Shown here in pieces: positions 13,466 to 28,300 of a DNA stretch of 64,000 nt (its first letter is position 1; every line of letters begins with the position of its first letter). Source of the DNA: Chlorokybus atmophyticus (Eukaryota; Plantae; Mesostigma and Chlorokybus algae). Under the pieces are notes generated by a model that saw only the letters and a program-made list of their open reading frames with translations, was not told the origin of the DNA and ran no database searches. The DNA is taken from the NCBI GenBank assembly GCA_009103225.1, contig RHPI01001567.1:4864-68863 (forward strand), read 5' to 3'. Position numbers and translations under genes: made by a program.

Positions 13466-14142
13466 TGTAACAATGCTCGTGCTCACATACACAGCACACA
13501 AGTCATACAACACATGTGTGCACACTGAGCACAGTCTTCACACTGGAACCTTGCCTTCCCTCGCGCATACGCATGCGTTGAGCGCGCACACGCACACGAA
13601 CACTACTACTTCTCACACCAAGCAAGAACGCAGCAGTGTGCCTTGGATCACGCCTCTCTTAAGCATACACCAGTATACTCACAGCAGAGAGCAGAAAGCA
13701 AAGTTGGTTGTATTACACAGGGTTTTCCTATTTATACCAGCACCAAAACTAAGCAGATTAATAACCAGGCATTTTGTTACCAAATCTAAAGGACTGTATA
13801 AGTGCAGGCTGCTGCCCCTCGCGTTGGGTACCTTTCATGCGGCAGCTGACTGTGCACTCCGCGTCGTAAGGTACTGCACAGCAGGTAGATGACTGCGAAG
13901 TCCGCGTCACCTAGCACAGTCTAGTTCGGTGTGACGTCACATGCCGCAGCAGTCACGTCGCTATTGGCTCGGCGGCAAGCACGTCGCAGGTTGGCAGCTG
14001 CTGGCGAAGGCGAAGTCGCGCGCTGCAGTAGAGCCAACGCCAGAAGGGCCCAATAAAGCCTTACAAAACCCTTTATTAAGCCAGAAAAGGGTAAAACACA
14101 TATACATGCACTAAAATATGGAAAAGGGTCCAGGCTGTTACA
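13466..14142 (-). repeat. 5' LTR (677 bp)
   Basis: Second LTR copy, with the PBS adjacent. Confidence 0.97.
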
Positions 14143-16345
14143 GTTGTTGTGCTCAACGGAGGTAAGCGCGTCAGCTCACGGGCTTCTTCCATCATGCCCA
14201 TGGTATTTGTCCCAATTGACGAGCTATTTGACACTGACAAGGACTGTTTAAACCCGTTCATGAAGCCCATGCTGAATGAGTTGGAGGATTTGTACGCCAT
14301 GGGCTTCCCTACGCACTACGGTTTTGACTCCAGCCAAGTGGACATCAAGCTCCCACATCGATTGTCCAGTACGCTTGATACATCTGTTCACAAGACTTCG
14401 TGGGCAATGCTGTGTCATGAATGTGACTGTCGACATCGACTGTTAATTAAAAAAAGCATTGTAATGAATCTAGCAGAGTAAGTACATTCCGTTGAGGGCT
14501 GTCAAGGACGACTGTCACTATTATGCACTTCATGGGTTGCCACCTTGTATAGCATCCATTAAGAGCATATAGATTGTCGACAGCGACTGTCAACAGCGAC
14601 TATCTTTGTGCATTTGTCCACTGTACGCGACATTCCATGTTAAAAGGTCGCGATTGTTTCATGCGCGTAGCTTCACACGCGTTGCCCACAAAGCAATGCG
14701 TCCTGATGCAACGGGTTTTGCAGGTGAAAAGGCTTTCCTCGGAGCCATTGTCATGAACATAGCCGGTGACAATCCTGCTCAAAGCGAGATGGGGCAATTC
14801 AGGAATGGCGGCTTACGCGGTTGCATTGGCTTGTTGCCTGCCTGGCAACTCATATCCGGTACTCTACTGTCACCAAAAAAGTCACTTGAGATTCTAGCAC
14901 TGGCAACGATGTTGTTGAAGAAACTCGAAACAACGGAACCGAATTTCACTACGCTAGCAGCCGCTACCACAGTTGCCATCCATTTGCCAAAAGAACTGCA
15001 GAAGCCACTTACCAGCTGGCCTATAAAGTTGAAAGCACAGAAGATCCCAATCGCAAGAAAGAAAAAGCCAAGAAGTATGGCGACAACGGGCTGTCGCCTT
15101 TGTGGAGGCTTTGGCGGATGTACAACTTTGACTCATGCTAGGACATGGTCTTTGATACCATGCACACGCTAGCCGAAGAACTGGCCAAGAGCTTGACAGC
15201 CTGCACTCCAATGGATGGTGGGGACGAGCAGGTCAGCAAGGCTGAGATTGACAGTCGGCTAACTGTGATGAGAAACGCACGGCCAAAGGAGTTGAGGCAT
15301 AGTAATCGCTGGCCACATGGCCCCACCAGTGGCCTTGGAGGGTGGAAGGCGCAGGAGCACCAGCTCTATGTGCAGTTTGCTGCGCCTTATGTGTTCCACA
15401 AGCTGCTGAGCGAAGAAAGGAAAGACCTTGTCATGTGCCTCCACATCATATTTCGCTTGTTTTTTGACATCTCGCGCTGCTTGGGTTGGGATCCCGGCCG
15501 TCTAGAGCTCGCTGATGCATTGCTCAGGTACTGGAAGGTGAACAGTGAGATCTGCTTTGGCACTAACAAGAAGATCATGGAGCACATTGCGGGAACTTGC
15601 CACCTGCTCAACAACATCCGTCAACATGGCCACCACGATATGTTCTGGTGCTACGCCTTTGAGCGCTATGTGAAGCTGTATGTCAACACCCCATCAAACA
15701 GCAAAGACTACGAGATCAGTTTCATGAAGCGATCTGTCAGGAGATGGTTTTTGCGACTCTTTGGCGTCATGCGTGATGATCAGAGGTCAAGCCTGCTGCT
15801 CCACCAAAGAGTCGTCAATGCCCTGTTTGCAATCTGTAAAACGAAATTCAGCGGGTCCACCAGATATGAGGTGGCTACAATCAGACACGCAGAGGAGATA
15901 TGGGCTTTTGTGGAAGCATATCCCATATGAGCACACTCCCAGCACATTAAAGAGAAAGGCATATTGATTGGACGAGGCAGCAGTATGTAGGGAACGACGC
16001 CTTGTTCAAACGCATCTGCACACAAGAGAACATTGCCATCCACACCAAGTGTGGATGCTGACGAAAAGACCAAGGCTGTTCCCCTACGTGCTGGCTTACA
16101 ACTTCAGCAACCCAGAGCTGCGATTGCTAGCAGCTGATATACCTCTCCATGTATGGCCTGAAACCGTGGATGTGCTGCTTATGAGACATAAGGATGAGAA
16201 GAAGTCGGTCTTTGACTTCCGCGTGCTAACTGACCCACCAGCACCTGTATCTACTGATCCTCCGCTATGGATCGTTGTTGTTCGACAGCCCCAAGTTGAC
16301 AATGAAGGCAACATGTTGGTCAACTACCTAAAGCCTGCTCCTTGA
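14143..16345 (+). pseudogene. CACTA/EnSpm-type transposase, 3' part
   Basis: Continues in frame after removing the LTR element: LNPFMKPMLNELEDLY..G, IAGDNPAQ..G...GC, FDTMH, WKAQE, HLL..I..HG....WCYAFER (DUF4218-like). Probable intron ending at the ttttgcag near 14720. Confidence 0.85.
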
Positions 16346-17913
16346 CGAGCGAGTGCCCGCCAAGGCCAGCCGCTGTGGGTGGTCAACAAGGACTGTCGCA
16401 ACCAAAAGGTGTCACCCATTGTGGTCAAGAGGAGGTGAAGCTGAACTGGCAGCAAGTTGATCACAACAGATGGCAAGAGCAGCCAACAATTGAGGTGGTG
16501 CGCATGTTCTATGACAGATATGCCATGTACTACAAGGCAGGAGAGGTGGCAAAGCTGTTGCTCTGCCATATGCTGCTGCTGCTGCTGCATTGCTGAATGT
16601 GCACGTCATTAATGTGCACTACAGATCGACGAGCAAGTACACAGGTCTTTACAAGTGACCCTTCTTTTCAGCATACAATCTCAAAACTTGATTCACTGTT
16701 AATCCACGCTCAATGCGCCTGTCATCAAACTTTTTTGCTGCTTCCACCCCCCATTCCTCCCATGAGGGACTCCTGTGCATGGCTTGGATCTCGGCAGCCT
16801 TTACCTTGATCGCATCCCAAAATGACTTACGTTTACCGTACGTACGGTGCGTGTCTTGGAGCTTCTGCGCCATGCGGTACATGGGCCACCATCTCGTAAA
16901 CAACTCGCTAGGCATAATAGTTTTTGCGCGTCCAGTTGCATAACAGGTGGAGTTGCAGCATCCCCGTTAGTATACTCTTCCCAAGCCTGCGGAATCAGTA
17001 GTATTATGTAAGCAGCACCTGTCTTTGGTCATATAGCCACCCACACTTGTACACATCACCGTGACCACTTGTTTTGCCGTGTGGATTGTGCTGGAATGGT
17101 GAAGCTTGTAGCGATCATTTTGCTCGGTTGCTAATGCTTCGGTAGCCTCAACACGCTGTGCTCGGTCATGCTGATCTGCTGCGAATGGTGGATGCCGTTG
17201 CTGTTGCTGTTGTTGCTGTTGATGTTGCTGCTGCGCGTTGCCATGCCCACTCATGCCTGCATGGTGCGGATGTTTTCACAATGCATTGCAACACACAACA
17301 TCAATTCGAGTTTAACATACTGCTATACCTGCGCTGAATGCTTCAGCAAAGCGGTTGACTTGTGTGAGCAGAAACGCGAGTAACCTTGCGATGACCTCAG
17401 CAGCAACATCCGCTGCCATTGGCACCCGGAGAGACGGTTTTTGCATACGAGCAAGCACGACTGCAGAAAGTGCTCGCTTGGCAGCACCATTTTCGCGCAG
17501 ATCACGCAGCAAGGAGCCCAGCTGCAACCCACATTACAACTCAGTGCATAGTTGATGACATACAATCAATGTGCGGTGCTTATGTGTGGTGTTACGTGCA
17601 TGACTGTAACTACCCACGCTTACCAATGGAGGTAAATAAGTCATGCGCGCTTCTGTGTGCTCACTCTCAGCGTTTTCGCAAACTCTTGCAATTGCCGCTA
17701 ATAGGCACGAAACACAACGCTGTTGAAGTACATAATGCTTGCAGATGTCGTGGTCGGGGGATTCAGTTTGCCACAAGATGGCCACATCCTGCGCGAGCAC
17801 ACGGCGCAACCACTGAAGCAGCTTGAGAAAGTTTTCCGCAGCTATGTCTTCCAAGCCGCGCTTGACTGCTGCCGAGTCGCGGTTGCGCTGTGCAACAGCA
17901 TGTTAGGGGGGGN

Positions 17914-18248
<335 letters not shown>

Positions 18249-18699
18249 TGCACATGCTTCGATAGCTCACACCGGCAAGTTGATGCGCTGTACTGACTTG
18301 CTTGATAAATTGCAGATGCTCGTCGACCCAAGGCTAAATTTGCGCACCCAGCGCGTGTGGTGGCTCCTGCTTGTCAGCATAGCACTATGTCAGCTGTTAC
18401 TCATAGGCAACTTGTTCAACAACAGGTGATTAACTTACCAACATTGCGCGCTTCACGTAATAGCCTCTCGGGTTGGCAGCCTCATAGCCCGCTGCTGCCA
18501 GTAGAACTTCAATTGGCAGGTTGCCAAGGTACGAGTGGGCAATGACATCTTTGGCTTGGTGGGTCATCCGCGATATAGCATATGTGCTGACACCGGCGTT
18601 GTCCGTACTTTGCATCCCATTGATGCAGCCTGCGGAGTTGGATAAGTAGGTCAGATGCGCGGACAAGCCCGCAAGCGCATACGCGCACGCAGGCGGACT

Positions 18700-19690
18700 A
18701 GTGAATGCATCACACAAGCATGGCACGCATGCAGACCAGCAAGCACAATCTAGCACGCACACGGACACGCAAACTAGCACGCAGATGCACAAGTGCACAT
18801 GTGCGGACCAGCACGCGCTCAAATGCAAACCAGCGCGCATGCAAACAGGCACCAGCACGCATGCGCACAAATGCATAGACAGTGAGCAAGACACGCATAA
18901 AACAGCCCACACGGACAAGCTACGCAAGGACTAGAACACATGCACAACATCATGCGCATATGTGGACTATTGTATACACGCACGCATGCACACACACGCG
19001 GACCAGCTTCCATAGACAAGAACACATGCAAGGGCACGCTCGCACGGACCAGCTCGCACAGACAAGCACACATGCGGACGTGCACGCGCGCATACTTCGA
19101 CCATCATACACACGCATGCAAACATATGCGCGGACAAGCACGCACGGACCAGCTCGCATAGGCAACAACACATGCGAGGGCATGCTGGCATGGACCATCT
19201 GGCTTGGACAAGCACACATGCGGACGTGCACGCGCGCAAACCTCGACCATCATACACACGCATGCGCATTTATGCACGGACAAGCACGCACCGACCAGCT
19301 CGCATAGACAAGAACACATGCGAGGGCACGCTCGCATGGACCATCTGGCTTGGACAAGCACACATGCGGACGTGCACGCGCGCATACTTCGACCATCATA
19401 CACACGCATGCACACATATGCGCGGACCAGCACGCACGGACCAGCTCGCAGAGACAAGCACAGATGCACGGACCAGCACGCATAGACAAGAACGCGTGCG
19501 GACCAGTACGCGCACCTCCGCAAACCATCATACACATGCACGCATGCGGACCATTGGACACACACGCACACAAACATGCACGGGCCGGCACGCACGTGTA
19601 CCCCATGATGACAAGCACGCAGCCATGCACATGCACGCACAGATCATGAGCTACACACACATACGCATGCACGAACCAGCTTGCATGGAC
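18700..19690. repeat. ~146-bp minisatellite with degenerate flanking subunits, inside a Crypton intron
   Basis: gcggacgtgcacgcg at 19074, 19220 and 19366. Confidence 0.85.
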
Positions 19691-22480
19691 ATGCACGCAC
19701 GCACGTACAGACTCAAATGCTCAACTAACCCGCGTGGCACTACTTCTTGCTTGGGATGTCATTCGCTCAAAACACTGCAGCGATATGGGCGTACTGCGTT
19801 GTGCATGAGATGGGTGTCGTTAGGCGCTTGTCGCCCACTAAGCCGTGTGATAAAAACCTTCTATACCATCCGACTCGGATTGTGAAGTCGGGTGGCGGCT
19901 CTTTGCGTATCTCCAACTGGTCAAAGAACATGAGGGCGGTCGCTCCAACAGCGCACCTGTTGTATCACATTGCATCACACAATGCAATACATGTACCATC
20001 AATGTGGAGGGAGTGACAATTATTATATTAGTAATACATAAACTTACCTCCACATCCTTGTGGCGCAAGGTCCCAATGTAGGTTGTGTTGCCGTGCGGGT
20101 TGGTTTTGCCTGCATGCGACACGACAAGCAGAACAGGTGCACCTTCAACTTCATTCCCAACTTCCTCGATGGTTAATGCAGCCAAGTCAGCAAGGCCTGC
20201 ACCACAAATGTGATTGATGCGATCACAATGCTAATGCATAACACCACTGCCAGCATAGCATCTGTACGCACAGGTGGCATACAACATTGGCCCAAGGTTG
20301 ACGCACCCGCCATGCGCGTGTCATTGGACCTACGCATAGCCTGACGCTGCCAGAGATAGTCATGCCGCACTTGCGTGTCAGCACGTGTGTCTCTTTCAAA
20401 CAACCATTGTGACACACGCCTATGTTGGTCTTTGGTCACACGGATAGCCATTGTCCCGTCCTGTCTATCAATGCAATCGTCTGCATTCCTGGCGAGCACA
20501 CACTTGTCTTATCAAGGCATTTGATGAAGTGCATGATGCTGCACTTGGTTGAGGATTTGTTGTCGCTTACTTGGTTCGCTGCTGCCGCCTTTACCATTCG
20601 CATATCTTCGCCACAATAGGAAGCTTGTACAAAGAAGGTGTCTGCGGCAAATCAGCTGTGCTTGATTACAAACCAAATATAGGAGCATTGAACCTCGCGT
20701 TGGTGGGCACTTATCGTGCCTTTGCCTTGCTGCATATACTCTTGACGCATTACGGCCGACACCGCTTTCATGGTATTGTTTAACGGATACCAAGTTAATG
20801 TGTTTTTGTTGCGCAAGAGAAACGCGGTAACCCGCCTCACCGTCACTTCGTACGGCTCAAACGCAGTGTAGTCCCAACCATTGCTATGCTCAGCCAGGAC
20901 TCGACAAAAAGCCAAGACTCGACAAAAAGCCTTATAGCGGTTGTAGCCGCTGGCATATTGGTTAAGTGTCGAAGTGCGAGATAATCCTTGAAAGAGCTGT
21001 GTGACATGAGTTGTCATTACACACCAATCGGTTACTACGCACATTGCTACATGCAGGCGAGAGTACCCATTCATGCATCCCCTAGTCCTACGTACCTTAG
21101 CCATTTCCTGCAATTCTTGTTGTGTGACATTCGGCTCTCCTCTCTCGTCCGCGACTGGCTCTTGAGACCAACCTGCTTCTGCAAATACCCTCTCTTGCTC
21201 CGTATCATAAAGTTCAAAGGGTGGCTGATCACCGCTTGCTCCAACACCGTTATCTCCTGCGCTCCAACAAGTAGGTGATCCCATGTAGATGTGCAGATTT
21301 CTGTTGTCCATCTGCTTGTTGCAGAAGTGTGCGCGACCATCCATTCACCTGCCCTAGGCCTTTGACGGTTTTGTGGCATTCTCAGCTGTTCAGCCATTCT
21401 GGCTGAACAGCTGAGTCACCCTTTCACCCATGCTGGTTGGTTGCTTGCTTGCACACCGTGGTGGTTGTTGCCATTGACTGCGCGTTTATGCAAGGAGTTT
21501 CATCGGGGAGAGAATATTGCAATCAGCACCTGTATGTGGATGTGTACAACATGAGTGAACACTGCTCAGCGAGTTCCGGTTGAAGTTTTTGCAAGGATGA
21601 GTGCACCACCCTTTGTGCAACTTGTGCAGCCCAACAACCATCAGAGGCATGCATACCGCACCGCAAGCAATGCATGCAGTAATTTCTAGAGCAGAACAAG
21701 CGCAAAGCGGCCACAAATTGCCACAACCAATCACTCTGTGCTTGGGTTTGCACATGCTACTAGGGCTCTATGCATGACTCTGTTTGAAATGGGTCCGGGA
21801 TGCGTGCCACTAGTGAAGTGCGCTATGCATGTGTCAGTACAAGAAATTGCACGCTGCAGGTCGTAAACCTGTTGCACGGCGCACTTCTCACTTGCAGCTG
21901 GTGTAGAGTGTCAGATGCAGGCGCCACGGTTTTAAACTGTTGCGTTCTCTCTCATGCATTCTTGTCCATGAGCAAAGACTCAACCTGTTGTTTATTGATG
22001 ATCTATCACTGTGCGCTGCTGTGCAAGGCAGTCAGCAATGCAGTTGAGAGTAATCAACTTGGGGTTTACAGTAGCAAGTACAGGAGACGAAGCAGTCAGT
22101 GACACACACCTCCTGTTCAGCATTGCAAAGCTTACATCGGTTCTGGTCAAGTGCAGCCTGTTGTCAAGGACAATGCATATCGTTCGCACGCAAATGAATG
22201 CACAGCCTCATACACACGCATGCGTGCACGTAGCACACTGTTCCTAGCTATTTGCAAGCAATACCCTACACAACAAGCAAACATGCAAACATGAAGGACA
22301 TGTACACAGTGTGCCAGACTTATAGCGCATATGTGTGGCGACAACGGCCACCAAGTAGGATGCAAACAGTATGTCACTTACCCTAAGCAATGCATACCCC
22401 ATCATACCGATGCATGCCCCAACCCTAACCAGCAACGCCTGTTTACCGCAAGTTGTCCACGCCCTGCAACCAGACAGCCG

Positions 22481-22496
22481 CCTTTATAGCCCGCCC
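22481..22496 (-). promoter_or_regulatory. Candidate TATA plus GC box upstream of the Crypton gene
   Basis: Minus strand GGGCGGGCTATAAAGG, followed about 100 bp later by a GTAAGT donor-like site (possible 5' UTR intron). Confidence 0.3.
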
Positions 22497-25356
22497 AACG
22501 CGGCCACACCGCCGCCCTGTCTCACCATACCGCCAATCACATCAGAGCCCCCGGCCCTCCCAGTCACCGAGCACAGCACGTACTCAATGAACCCGCGGTT
22601 TACTGACTCCACATGGCTTGGCAAGCACGGTGAGCGCTATCGAACTGACGGATCAGGGGCGCGTCGGCTGGCCGCCGGACGGCTCGGCCATTTGTCGCGC
22701 GTCACGCCGCTCGTTACGTCAACCCAGCGTCGATTACGTCACCGGCTCGAGGCCTCTAAACGGGGCACGCTTAAAGTGGCGGGGGCCGCGAGGTGACCCC
22801 CTCGTAGCGCGCGGCACGACCCCGAGCCGTCCCCCCCGCCCTGAGGTGATAAACGGGTAGGGTTCCGACGGATAGGCTGAGCAACGCGCGGACGCGTGCG
22901 ATTCATGAATAAGATGTGAGCTTGAGGCCAAGCTCATTAATAAAAGGGGGAGAATGGGCACGAAGTGGGTGCAAAAATGTACTATTAATAAGCCAACAAG
23001 ACTTAAGGACTCGAATTATAAACCTACTTAGGTTTTTATGGTTGAGTTCGTGAGGCCCCATATGACAGTCAGGTCAGGAGCCATCCATGCATCATTCTTC
23101 TTGAACCCCATCATCACTCCTCCAACACTGCAAGCCAATTGGCAATGAAGACGGAAGTTGGAGTCTGTTGATAAGGTGCAAGAAGAAGCAAGTCAATCTC
23201 CCTGTAGAGCATTCAGTGCTCTATGTTACAACTCTCCCCTATCGTTTCTTCAAGTGAGCCGCTTGCAAAGGCTAGCAGCAGGTTTCCCCAGCATCACATC
23301 TGAGTTGGGCAGATGAGGTAAAGCAGCAGCATGCAAAATCACTAAAACTGCAAGCCAGCACCATCTCGTCATCTGCAATTCTTACCTGCATAGAAGCAGC
23401 AGGCATTGATGTTGATAGTAAGCCCATACAAATAGTGTACATGGTTCCCTGCGTCATAAGCCAGTTGCTTACACTATGTTGTATTAGGGTTATTATGGCA
23501 GAAACCGGCAATACTGTAGAATCTTGTGATGTTTATGGTTTAAGCTATAGAGACCCTCCCAGATTGGGCGCGGCTTTGCATTGAACCCAATGCATTACGT
23601 ACATATATGCTAAAATGACGCATTTATTACAGTATTAAATCCACTATCTCACATTACACTACCATATATACAATGTAAACTATATATTCAAGAATATATA
23701 TACACTAATATATACACTAATATACATATTCAATTGTATCATATCATATACATTTGTATTGTTCCCTTCAAAGGGAACAGTACAGGGGGGGACTCTATCG
23801 TGCAAATACAGTTCCCATCGTGTTTTAACAAGGGGGAGCTGTACAAAAGGGGGACTTTATGGGGTAAATACGGTAGGCCAAACTTTAAACATGCATGATA
23901 AACGAGTTACCCCTCTAATTGCTGTCGATAACTATATAAAACATGGGTACAAAATGGTTAGACATTGCCTACGCCATCAGCAATGTACAACTTGTTCAAG
24001 ACTTTTGAAATCGCCTCTTACCTTTACGTTTTGCTCATATTGCCTTCGCTGTATATCGCACTTAATTAGCATTGACGACGAGCAACTCTGGAAGTCAATT
24101 ACCGAATAGGAAGGAGGAAAGCTTCGTGCTCAGATTTTCCAAGCAAAGGTAGCAAGCCTTTCATAGACGCCTCATTTCTTGCAGATCAAGGACTGGAAGA
24201 ATGCACAGATGATGGGGAGGATGATTAGGAACATAACAGACGTTGCAGTTTCCCATCCTCCCCACCTCAAGTTAACCATTGGGGGTAGTAGTCGATCCTC
24301 CGGCTTGGTAGTGAAACGGTTTCTGAACTTGGCTTAAACTAGAAGAGCAGAAAACAAGAGACAAACATGACAAAGCAACTTCATCAACATGGTCTCCCCT
24401 CTTCTCCCCCTTCAAGCCAACATCAACAGCGCTAGTGCGCCTTCATCTCCTCGTAATTGCCTTGAGATGTTTAGCTATAGCACGGTGATAGAGCGTTCCA
24501 CGCCTCCCCACAACTCGGATCACCCTCTGAGCTCGAAACAGCGTGGGAGCGGCTTCGCTGATAGGTGAGGATAACCCTAGTGTTCGGGTGACTGCTCTCT
24601 CATCTTCCTTCCGACTCTATCGAAATGCATAGTTTGAGGTTGAACGCTTATCTAGCGCCTCTTCTATTCTGTGTGATACTTTACAACAACAGGACATGCT
24701 GCAAGACTGTTGGTTGGACGCTTAGCCGAACAAGGAATCTCCTCACGGCTAAACAAAACAGAGAGAGAAGAAACATTGTGGCTTCATCTACCCAAAAAGT
24801 TTACGGTGAACGAAGAGCTAAAAGTGTTCACAAAACCCTGAGCACGCTCTAAACCTTCGAAAAGCACGCAATTGAAAAGAAAAGAAGAAAAGAAAAGATT
24901 AAAAGAGAAAAGATTAAAAGAAGATGTATACCCTATAATCTTATAATAACATTAATTTTAGATGCGTGCTTTTGGGACTTCTAGAGCGTGCTTACTTTTT
25001 TTAGACATTAAGCTTGCACAACATCATCATCAAAGCTACATGCTTGAGGGCGTCCTCAATCTACATGCTTACTTCGTCGGTAAAGCAAGCTTGGCACAAC
25101 CTTGAAAGCCATAAGACGTAACAAAGTACGCGACTTTTGGGCAAAATAACACGCAATAGTACGCGAACAACAAGCAGTTATTCATATTTCGTTGAAAGTA
25201 CGTGAAATTGTATGTTATTGGGCTGCAGTAGGTCATTTTTGTCAATGACCGCGGATAGCGCAGCAAACGGCCTTTGGTGACGTGCCGCGCGCGCGACCTG
25301 TCACGCGGCGGGTAGGTCGCGGCGACCCGCCTCACCTATTGGCACTGCAAGTAGTA

Positions 25357-28300
25357 GGGTAAGTATGCCTAACTTGGGGCTGTTTGGCGGTCATAAGGTT
25401 ATGGCTTCCGCGGTGTTGTTTTTTTGGCGGCCATGTATATGTATGATGTGTAGATAAAGTTTTTCCCTACACAGCCATATTTTTAAGGGTTTTTTTGGCC
25501 TAGTATAACGTTAGTTGCAGTAGGCCAAAGTTGGGGTGTGAGAGCTGTCAGTCCCAAAAGTCGCGGGCCCTAACTTGGGGACTCGATACAGCCTGCCAAA
25601 GGCTGTCAGCAGACTGCAGCCTGTGCTGAAGGCTGTTCAAGGCAACCTTGCAGCCATTTCGGCATGGCTGCGGCCAGTGGGAGCAGGCTGGGGGGGGGCA
25701 GGCGGACACGCAGGTGATAGCCTTGACATGCAGGCTATTTGGGCTGCAGGCAATGCTTGCCGCCAAGCGACGAGCATTGCCTTTATTGCAAGGTTGCAAG
25801 CAAGGCGGCGAGGTGGGCGGCATGCACAAGGTAGGCAGCATGCATGGGGGACAGGGGTGCATGTGTGTGTATGGTTGTATGTACAGGGTCAGAGCATTGC
25901 TAGCTACCACTAATGCTAGGTGTAGCTACTGCTGGGGTGGTCTTGCGCTTCTGGCGCCAGCGTGCGCCAGCCTCCTTGGCGAGGTGGTTGGTGGTTGGTG
26001 CGGCCGTTGAAGTGACGCTCAGCGACATCCCACAGGGGATCGCCCAGTTGGTTATGGCATAGCATAGGGTTCCACTCATAGCGGAATAAGATCTTAAGGG
26101 CTTCTTTGGCTGTCTGCTCTCTCACATGCCTCTGCTGCCGTGCATCTTGTGCTGCTGCCTGTGCCTCTGCTCTCTCCTCCTTCTCTAGTTCTTGCTGCCG
26201 CTTGGCTGCTGCCTGTGCCTCTGCCTTCTCTTGCCGCTTCTTCTCTTTCTCTTGTTCTTGCTGCTGCTTGGCTGCTGCTGCTGTCTCTTGTGCCTCTGCT
26301 TTTTCTTGTTGCTTCTTCTCCTTCTCCCGCTGTGCTATCATCTTCTTCAGCTGTGCTCTCCTCTTCTTCTCTGCTTGTGCTGCTGCCTTGGCTACTGTAT
26401 CCTCAACTGCTTGGACCTTTTTCAGTGCTGCAGCTTCTTTGCGAGCCTTGGTTGCTGCCACCTTGGCAGCCTTGGCCTCAGCCTTCCTCTGCAGCTCATC
26501 GATCACCTCATCAGCAGTCAACAGGTGAGCAATCTTGATGCTCTTGGCCCTCTTTGCTGGCTGCCCATCTGTGCAGTCTTCTTTGCCATTGTCTTCCTCT
26601 ACTGCCTGCTCATCTCTGACCTCGATTGCCTCCAGCAGGGCAGATAGTCCAGGTGCCGGTGGGGCTGCTTCAACAGTGTGGAAGTACTTGTCGCAGCAGT
26701 GCTTGTCAAGGGGCCACAACCCACAGGCTCTGAACCCTGAGATGATGTTTTGGGGGGACAACGCAATCAGGTAAGGGTTTACCAGCATCTTCAAGAAATG
26801 CTTGCGCTTGAGTGCCTGGTTGTGCTGTCCGTCCTCCCTCTTACGGTACTCCTTCTTGTAGGCTTCTTTAAGTGGGTGGAAACAGCTGACATCCAACACT
26901 TGTAGCCTATGTGTGGTGTGTGGTGGTAGTATGAGGATGTGGAGTCCCTGGTCGAGTGCAAAGCGGATCATCTTTGGGTTGTACCTTGAAACATGCCCGT
27001 TCGTGACTAACAGCGCAGGGTTCTCAGGGCTGACTCCTCCTGGCAGCCATGACACCAGCTTCTCAATCCAGAGCTCAAAGATGTCAGTAGTCATCCATGC
27101 GTTGGCTTGAGCAAAATAGCGGGCCCCGGGGACCTTGAAGGCCTTGACATCAGCGCTGACTCTCTCTCCCTTCATAATCACGAGGGGTGGTGCAGCAAGC
27201 CCAGCTCCAGTAACTGCGCACATCAAGGTGATGTGCTCTCTGCTGCCGCTAGTTGAACATTGTGCATACTTGTTGCCACTGCACAGGCAGACAAGTGAGT
27301 CAGCATGTGCATGAACATGTGCATGCACATCAATCTTAAAGACAATGCATGAATCTCAAAGACAACACTAACAACTCTTACCGTTCGCAGATGATGCGGA
27401 TGTTCCCTGCAGCACTGTCAGGCTCGATGCCAACCTCGTCTGCTGACAGGATCCTCTCTGGCCCAACACCCAGCTTGTGCACAGTCTCAGCCAGCAGATC
27501 AAAGTATTGGTACACAATGTCTGGTGTGAAGGCAACCCTCCGGGACCTGTCTAGAGGCTCAGCCCTTCTACTGACAAGGTTGTGCCTCTTTCGTAGCCCA
27601 TCGAACCACTTCTGCCCAGGTATGCCATTGTTGAACAGCTTTGCGCGCGGGTCTCCCACGAGCCGCTTGCCTGCTTCAACACAAACCTCCCCCCAGGTAA
27701 CACCTCTCCCCCATTTGTTTCGCAGCTTCACCCACTCTGCCAAGTCCTTCTCTTCTTCATCAGTCAACACAGTCGGAGCCCCTGGTGCTCTGCATTGCAT
27801 ACACACTTTGCTCAGCCCCCCACCGACGCAGTGACCAACCCTGACTGCAACACTGAATGCACTGACACGCAGGACTTGCTAACTCACTTGTACACAGGCA
27901 GGTCCTGTTGCTGGGCAACGAATCTGCGCATGGTTGAGTCAGGGATGTCCAGCTCCTTCACTGCGTCACTCACAAGCATGCAGCCTTGGTTGATCGCAAT
28001 GACAGCCCTGCTGATGTCCTCCATCCTCCCCTCATTTGTGCTGTAGTTGCGCTTGCGTTTGTTGGCCTTGGGAGTCTGGGCCTTCACTCTCTTGCCCTGC
28101 CAGCAGCATGTTAGCTTGGGTGGTCTGAGTGGCATATGCCACCGTGATGACAAGCATGCCAAAGCGTGCAAACTACCCACCCGGGCTCAGCTGCGTGGCA
28201 TAGCAGTAGGTGTAGTTGCGTAGTTGTGGTAGTCTTGCCTTGAGCTTTGGGACCTCCTTGCAATGCACAGTCCTCCTTCACACTACTGCCGTGTGCTAAC

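Larger units (their letters stand above)
7959..14142 (-). mobile_element. Complete Ty3/gypsy chromovirus-type LTR retrotransposon, coding region frameshifted
   Basis: Two LTRs with TGTAAC...GTTACA ends, a 5-bp target duplication GTTGT (7954-7958 and 14143-14147), PBS, PPT, and gag-PR-RT-RH-INT-chromodomain order. Confidence 0.97.

Noticed and set aside
23020-23510. Possible Ulp1-like protease fragment
   Set aside because: Only a weak H..Y..I stretch, with no Q..G.DCG motif.
23785-23875. Tc/pogo-like right terminus (ggggtaaatacgg|TA) with a degenerate tandem copy
   Set aside because: No matching left terminus or transposase was found in the window.
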